64,000 nt of DNA from the NCBI GenBank assembly GCA_017473165.1, contig JAFUNA010000032.1, positions 4,182 to 68,181 of the forward strand, written 5' to 3'. Each line of letters opens with the position of its first letter. Positions within the stretch are counted from its first letter, which is position 1. This DNA is from Clostridia bacterium (GTDB lineage: Bacteria > Bacillota > Clostridia > Oscillospirales > Acutalibacteraceae). The notes under the pieces were generated by a model. The model saw only the letters and a list, made by a program, of their open reading frames with translations. It did not search any database and was not told the DNA's origin. The position numbers and the translations under genes are program-made. This document shows positions 58,577 through 64,000 of this stretch, one piece after another.

Positions 58577-58891
58577 TTATCTGCTTCCGCCGCCACCGGA
58601 CTGCGCATTCTGGTCAGCCTGATTGAGTCTTTCGATTTTTTTGTTAATCTGAGTTTTCAGACTCTGCATATCAGAGATTATATTTGTAAAATCAGATTCC
58701 CACTCCTGCATTTTACCTACAGCAGCATCAGCCGATGCACCTTTCCAACAATCAGGAATATCAGAATACAGGTTTCTCACCGTTCTTTGAAGTTCCTTGC
58801 AATCATCTATTGAGTCCTGCAGCTTTTTAATCTGATTTTTTGCCGATTTATAATCTAATCGCAACGATTGATTGCTTCCCACTCGAATCAC
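58577..58891 (-). CDS. WXG100 family T7SS substrate
   Basis: 104 aa, central WKG, LxxxD near C-terminus. Confidence 0.9.
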   Translation of the reverse strand: MIRVGSNQSLRLDYKSAKNQIKKLQDSIDDCKELQRTVRNLYSDIPDCWKGASADAAVGKMQEWESDFTNIISDMQSLKTQINKKIERLNQADQNAQSGGGGSR

Positions 58892-58893
58892 TC

Positions 58894-59145
58894 CTAATAT
58901 GTTATCGTTATAATACTTCCGTCATAAATTCGGTTTTGAGTCAATGTTTTGTTATCTTGCAGACGGCGATTGCCGCAATAAAGATAAATGTTGTTTGCAC
59001 GCATAAGTGAATCCACGCCCGCCGCCTTCAATGCTCTGAGAAGCTCTATGGAAAGAACACCAACTTCAACATCAGAAGGCAATTCCATATCCGCCTCCTG
59101 ACCGAAGCCACCTATCCTTACGGTTACAATTACACTTTCGGACAT
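58894..59145 (-). CDS. esaB: EsaB/YukD ubiquitin-like T7SS component
   Basis: 83 aa, DMELP and TL....IYDGS.I pattern, in an essC locus. Confidence 0.85.
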   Translation of the reverse strand: MSESVIVTVRIGGFGQEADMELPSDVEVGVLSIELLRALKAAGVDSLMRANNIYLYCGNRRLQDNKTLTQNRIYDGSIITITY

Positions 59146-59946
59146 TTACTCACCGGTCCTTTCCGAAACAAAACCAAAGCTTTTCAGAACAGAAAACAAC
59201 TTTGAAATCTCATCTGAAAGAGAAACTTTTCTGATTTCAACATATTCCTCTTCATCAACGAGGTGAGGTTTTATATCTACAGCCATTTTACCGTCAAAAA
59301 CAAAAACAACACCTTCAGTCAATTCGTATCCCTGCTCAACATTTGAATAAACAGCACTCAAAAAGCTGTGCTTTCCTCCAAAACCTTCAATAATAAGTTC
59401 TGCCGTTTCATTATCCATGCCATTGCCAGCGAGCAAAATCTTTCCTTTGTTATTTTCTGTTGATGCAAATTGTTTTGCCTGTGCAAAAATCTTCATCGGA
59501 AGATTGTAGTGTTTTGATTCAAAAGACTCACTAATGGGTGCACCCAAAACCGACAGCAATTCAGCCTCAAGCTCCTCTTTCGTGATTTTTTGCATTCTAT
59601 ACTGATCTTTTTCGAAATCCGACCTTAGAATGTTACTGCCATCACTATAGAAAAAAAGAGGTTCAAGATGCTTTCCTCCAATTGTACGGCGCAATAAAAG
59701 TGTTTTTTTGCAACTTGAAATAATCTTGATAAACTCATTAACTTTCGGCGAAACAACTGTATTACCGTTAAAATCCATATTCATATATTCTTTTTGAATC
59801 AGGCTCTCAACAGCATTATCAACAACAGAAACAATCTGACTTTCCGAAATATGTGACAGTTCATCGGTAATTCCGTGAATCTTTTTTGCTCCTGCTGCAA
59901 CACATAAATACATCAATTCACACGAACTAAGCATCAATTCATTCAT
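59146..59946 (-). CDS. T7SS accessory protein, possibly an EsaE/EspG-like chaperone
   Basis: 266 aa soluble ORF between essC and substrates; N-terminal L..EL..L....G....G pattern recalled from such proteins. Confidence 0.5.
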   Translation of the reverse strand: MNELMLSSCELMYLCVAAGAKKIHGITDELSHISESQIVSVVDNAVESLIQKEYMNMDFNGNTVVSPKVNEFIKIISSCKKTLLLRRTIGGKHLEPLFFYSDGSNILRSDFEKDQYRMQKITKEELEAELLSVLGAPISESFESKHYNLPMKIFAQAKQFASTENNKGKILLAGNGMDNETAELIIEGFGGKHSFLSAVYSNVEQGYELTEGVVFVFDGKMAVDIKPHLVDEEEYVEIRKVSLSDEISKLFSVLKSFGFVSERTGE

Positions 59947-59954
59947 AATTCGTC

Positions 59955-62900
59955 TTACTCCTTCATTGCTTTAAATTTGGTAGTTTTCTTACCGTTAAAG
60001 AACAAACCTTCAAAGCTTTCAAGTTCTTCGTTTCTTTGAGAAAGATTCAAATCCGTATCAAATGCAATATGAGAATTATAGCAATCGCCGAGCATAACCT
60101 TAAACCTGCCATTGGAAAGACTTGCTGTTATTCCGTCACCTTTATTATTGCGATCTGCAAGTTTTCTGTTATCTCCTGCAGCAACAAGGAAAACGTTAAG
60201 ATTCTTTCCAATACGCATAAATGCATTTAAGCGTTTAGCGGTTTCATCGCTGACTTCTTCTATAAATCTATCAAAATTATCAATCACAACAAGCAAGCAA
60301 TCAGGTGTTGTAATATCTTGTCCCTGATTTTCTTTTCTTCTTTGCAGCTCTGCCGCCAACTCTTCGAAAAACTCATCCATTGCACCAACATTTGTTATAT
60401 ATCTATCACATATTTTAGAATCTTCTTTCCATCGACCAGAGATATCCATAACAATTACTGTTGATGAATATTTGTTTTTGAATTGTTTTGCAATCACTTT
60501 CAGCACATTGGTCTTTCCGGATAAAGATGTTCCAGAAATCAACATATAATGCGACAAACTATAATCAAAGAAAATCGGTTTGATTTCATCTGTGCTTAAT
60601 CCTAAAGTTATTCCTTCTGAACAAACCGAGCCAAAAGCAATTACAGACGGCATGATCGGAATGGGTTGAGGTAAATTGCCTTTCCACGCATTTCTCATGA
60701 GTTCTGATATTCTCTTTATCTCACAAACCTTTTCTGCTTCATCATTTACCTCAACCGGCAATGCAGTCTGATATTCAAGCGAAACGTCATTTACTTTTAT
60801 CAAACCTCGTCCGGCAACGTCTTTAGGTTTAACACCTCTTGCAGAGTTTCCAAGTATCGATGTATATGAAGAATCATCAGTCATACGAAGAACAATTTTC
60901 GTTGCAATACTGTTGGATATTCTTTGAGAAATTGAATTGGCAGTTGAAGCGGTAGCTACCAAGATAATCCCATAAGTAGCACCCACTTCTGCAAGGTTTA
61001 CAAAGAAATCCTGATAATTCGGGTTTTGAGAAAGGAAACCTGACAAGTTATCTGCAGCAATAACTATAAAGGGCATTTTTTCGTTTGTCAGTCTTCTGTA
61101 AACTATAAGATTGCCAACACCAGCTTCACCGAATCTATTTTTTCTTTCATTTAAAATGCTTTCCAGAAGCAGAATAAGCTTATCCGCTTTTTCTTTTTCA
61201 TTTCCGGTTGCAACGCCTCCGACATGAGGATAATCTTTAAACATCCCCATATTAAGACTGCCAAAATCTATGCCATAGATATTAACATCGTCAGGAGAAT
61301 ACGAAAGACAAAGTGACATAATCAAGGTATGCATCAAATTCGTTTTACCTGTCATCGGTGCGCCGTAAATAACGGTATGTCCATTACCGGAAAGGTTAAG
61401 CTTTAACGGATATTGTGACTGAGATACAGGGTCATCTACAAGACCGATAACAACCTGCAACCCGTTATCAGTCTCAGGCCATCTTGATCCATCAAAAGAA
61501 CTGCTAAACAAGGATGGCAAGTATATTTTTTCAGGAAGTTCGGGAGTCCAAACTTTTCTCGCACGAGGAATTCCGTTTTCCGTAACAAATGCATCAATAT
61601 AGTTGACGACAGCGTCAATTTCACTTATGTAACTTCTCAAACCTACTGTTTTTTCCGTAACAGCAAGATTTTTTCTGCTGCCGTCAAGCCCGATAAGCGA
61701 AATTTGTGAAACAGCATCTTTCTTTTCGTTTTTTGTGGGGTTATATGGCGCTCCGCTCCAAAAACTTTGGATCTGTTCAAAAACCTCATAATCGCCAACC
61801 TTGATATAAGCTCGTCCGGGGTTGGTGATTCTTGCAGCTTCAGTATGTCCCGAGCCGAGCATATCTGAACTATACGTTGGACCTGCAACCTTCAGACACC
61901 ATTTGAACCTAAAATTCGCACTAGACTGATCTGATACAACACCCGATGGATTCTGAGTTGACAGAATGGGCCATATGCCCAAGCTTCTACCTGTTTTCAT
62001 CATACTGTCAACTACCTCACCCGCAAAATCAGGGTAGCGAATTTTAAACTCAGCGAATTCATCAATAATTATAAATGTAATCGGCAGAGGTTCGGTAACT
62101 TCTCCATTTAGATATTTTTTTGCATAATCATTTATATCTACCGCACCACAGTAATCAAAAAGTTTTTTTCTTCTTTCCATCTCACTTTTTAGCGCAACAA
62201 GATTTCTTGAGATATCTTTATCTATATCGGAGATTGTTCCTGCCAGATGGGGAAGTTTTCGGAAAGGTGTAATCAATCCTGTTCCCTTAAAATCTATAAT
62301 TACAAAGTTAACTTCACTGGGTGAAAAATTTACTGCCATAGACAAAATCCACGACTGAAGCATTTCAGATTTGCCTGAACCCGCCATACCGGCAATTAGA
62401 CCAAAGGTGCCGTGCTTTTTCTCGTGAATATCAAACATAAACAAATCACCGTTTGATTTAACACCAATTGGTACCGACAATGATTCATAACTTTTTGCTC
62501 TTGTCCATTTTGATGTCAAATCAAGTTCAATAGGTCTGCGAACACCGTAGCCCTCAAGAAATGTTATGCTCTTAGGTAAAGTTATAGCCCCCTTTATGTC
62601 TGAGAGTTTCAGAGGTGCAAGTGTTCTCGAAAAGCGTTCATACTCTTCGTTATGAAGTATATCTGTTTCAAAGTAAACAGTACTGTTTTCTCCATTTTTG
62701 GTAAAAAGCTTGTTCTTTTCCGATGAAAGCTCAACAAAAACAGACGTATCCCTGGAAAGAGCATCAAAAGTATCGGAAATAATAACAGCTCCCACACCAT
62801 AGACAAAACTGCATTGTGATATCAATTCTTGTGCTAAAGGACTGGCGGCTATTTGTTCATCCGCAATAACAAATAAATAAAATGGTAACTTTATTTGTTT

Positions 62901-64000
62901 TTCGTTTTCGTATTCATTGTTTGCCGTTGTTACCCTTTTAGATGCAAGAATATCTGCAACGGATTTTATTATCTCATGAGCAGAAGAACAATCGCAAGCA
63001 ATATAACGTCGACTTCTGTCTTCGTTAAAACAATGAGGCAACCATTTTATCCATTCCCATTCATCTCGTTCTGAATTCGGAAACAAAGCAACAATCTTTA
63101 AATCGTTATATGTATGGAAAGTTGTTGCCTGAATTATCATGTTTTTTACAAGATGTTTTGCCTGGTCACGGTCGCCAAAAACGCCCATAACCGAATTCTT
63201 TTTGAAATCAACTGTTATAGGAGCACCATTGATTATCTTATATTTTTCTGTTTCGCTTTTGATTTTTGCAAGCAAATCATCTTCCTGAAGTTCAAATCCG
63301 TTGTTTTGAAATTTGGGTTTTAATGCCGATTCCGTTTTGCCGCTTCCAATTCGGAACGTTAGAAAATCATTATCTTCATTTCTTCTATTCCATATTTCTT
63401 TTTTTCCGTCAGAAACTATTGTCAAGCACTCTGCTGTTTCGGGAGCACCGTCTTTCATGGACTTCATCTGAATCTGCACTGCAGTTCTGAGTTCTTGAGA
63501 AACTTTTTTAATGTATTCGGTATATTTGAAAATTTTTAACTCAAATTTCTTTTTGTATTTCTTCCTAGCTATAAGATGTGTTATAACCGAACTTATTACA
63601 CTTATTACAGACATAGGCAATGAATATGCCATCGCCATTGAAGAAGTGCTTTTACTCGCCCACGAAATTAACAATCCAACAAAAATCATTGCTATCGGTT
63701 GAGTAAGTAAGGAAACAATATTTATTTCCGGTTTGCTTCCAATGTTCGGTGGATTGGTAATCTGCAATTCGCCTGTTTTATAATCTTTTTTCACTCTGGG
63801 AGACGGATGAATCATCGGGTAATCCTTCCCCATCGCAGGCTCATTTTGCGTTCTGCAATCTATTTCTTCTCTTTTATCAAAAGAAAGGAAACCATCTGAA
63901 TAGACAAAATTATAATCAACAACAGATATTACATCACCGTTTTTCAAATATGCTTCAGTAATTCTTTGCCCGTTAACATATGTTCCGTTTGAACTGTTCA
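59955..64000 (-). CDS. essC: T7SS ATPase EssC, 5' end outside window
   Basis: FHA motif, two TMs, three FtsK-like domains (GMAGSGKS/IIDEFAE, GAPMTGKT, GTSLSGKT); frame is open from 63947 to the window edge. Confidence 0.95.
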   Translation of the reverse strand, partial: NSSNGTYVNGQRITEAYLKNGDVISVVDYNFVYSDGFLSFDKREEIDCRTQNEPAMGKDYPMIHPSPRVKKDYKTGELQITNPPNIGSKPEINIVSLLTQPIAMIFVGLLISWASKSTSSMAMAYSLPMSVISVISSVITHLIARKKYKKKFELKIFKYTEYIKKVSQELRTAVQIQMKSMKDGAPETAECLTIVSDGKKEIWNRRNEDNDFLTFRIGSGKTESALKPKFQNNGFELQEDDLLAKIKSETEKYKIINGAPITVDFKKNSVMGVFGDRDQAKHLVKNMIIQATTFHTYNDLKIVALFPNSERDEWEWIKWLPHCFNEDRSRRYIACDCSSAHEIIKSVADILASKRVTTANNEYENEKQIKLPFYLFVIADEQIAASPLAQELISQCSFVYGVGAVIISDTFDALSRDTSVFVELSSEKNKLFTKNGENSTVYFETDILHNEEYERFSRTLAPLKLSDIKGAITLPKSITFLEGYGVRRPIELDLTSKWTRAKSYESLSVPIGVKSNGDLFMFDIHEKKHGTFGLIAGMAGSGKSEMLQSWILSMAVNFSPSEVNFVIIDFKGTGLITPFRKLPHLAGTISDIDKDISRNLVALKSEMERRKKLFDYCGAVDINDYAKKYLNGEVTEPLPITFIIIDEFAEFKIRYPDFAGEVVDSMMKTGRSLGIWPILSTQNPSGVVSDQSSANFRFKWCLKVAGPTYSSDMLGSGHTEAARITNPGRAYIKVGDYEVFEQIQSFWSGAPYNPTKNEKKDAVSQISLIGLDGSRKNLAVTEKTVGLRSYISEIDAVVNYIDAFVTENGIPRARKVWTPELPEKIYLPSLFSSSFDGSRWPETDNGLQVVIGLVDDPVSQSQYPLKLNLSGNGHTVIYGAPMTGKTNLMHTLIMSLCLSYSPDDVNIYGIDFGSLNMGMFKDYPHVGGVATGNEKEKADKLILLLESILNERKNRFGEAGVGNLIVYRRLTNEKMPFIVIAADNLSGFLSQNPNYQDFFVNLAEVGATYGIILVATASTANSISQRISNSIATKIVLRMTDDSSYTSILGNSARGVKPKDVAGRGLIKVNDVSLEYQTALPVEVNDEAEKVCEIKRISELMRNAWKGNLPQPIPIMPSVIAFGSVCSEGITLGLSTDEIKPIFFDYSLSHYMLISGTSLSGKTNVLKVIAKQFKNKYSSTVIVMDISGRWKEDSKICDRYITNVGAMDEFFEELAAELQRRKENQGQDITTPDCLLVVIDNFDRFIEEVSDETAKRLNAFMRIGKNLNVFLVAAGDNRKLADRNNKGDGITASLSNGRFKVMLGDCYNSHIAFDTDLNLSQRNEELESFEGLFFNGKKTTKFKAMKE

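Larger units (their letters stand above)
49492..64000. mobile_element. Serine-integrase element (IME/ICE-like island) carrying a T7SS locus; far end outside window
   Basis: Integrase at the junction, split host gene, visible drop in GC, oriT-like site; left boundary approximate. Confidence 0.85.

Noticed and set aside
49492-64000. Prophage
   Set aside because: No structural, terminase or lysis genes in the visible part.

Overview
Chromosomal window of a Clostridia-class bacterium; gene content is most like Oscillospirales (Ruminococcaceae/Acutalibacteraceae-like), which is an inference. Bases 1-49490 are core genome: aspS(5' end)-hisS, mgsA, gyrA-gyrB, ddl-argS, ABC exporters, a DD-carboxypeptidase, surface proteins, ssrA-smpB, yhbY-rdgB-ftsY-dnaA divergent from rpmH-rnpA-yidD-yidC-jag, an L-fucose operon, a microprotein-rich accessory patch (36.2-40.8 kb) and apbE-rnfCDGEAB. 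Intergenic DNA is full of modular palindromic repeats. From about 49490 to the window end lies a visibly AT-richer element integrated by a large serine recombinase into a low-molecular-weight phosphatase gene. It carries a K+ channel gene, an orphan MOBQ-like oriT and a type VII secretion locus (EssC, EsaB, an EsaE/EspG-like protein, four WXG100-like proteins, a cysteine-peptidase effector) in one run with an intact transmembrane Ser/Thr kinase and a PP2C phosphatase; EssC keeps a canonical FHA motif. Best candidates for novelty: this apparently phospho-regulated mobile T7SS, the integrase/attachment-site switch, a DnaA with a rewired DNA-binding helix and matching non-canonical boxes, twin 28-aa microproteins, and GTGATAT-hairpin arrays. 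All calls come from reading motifs by eye; no searches were run.
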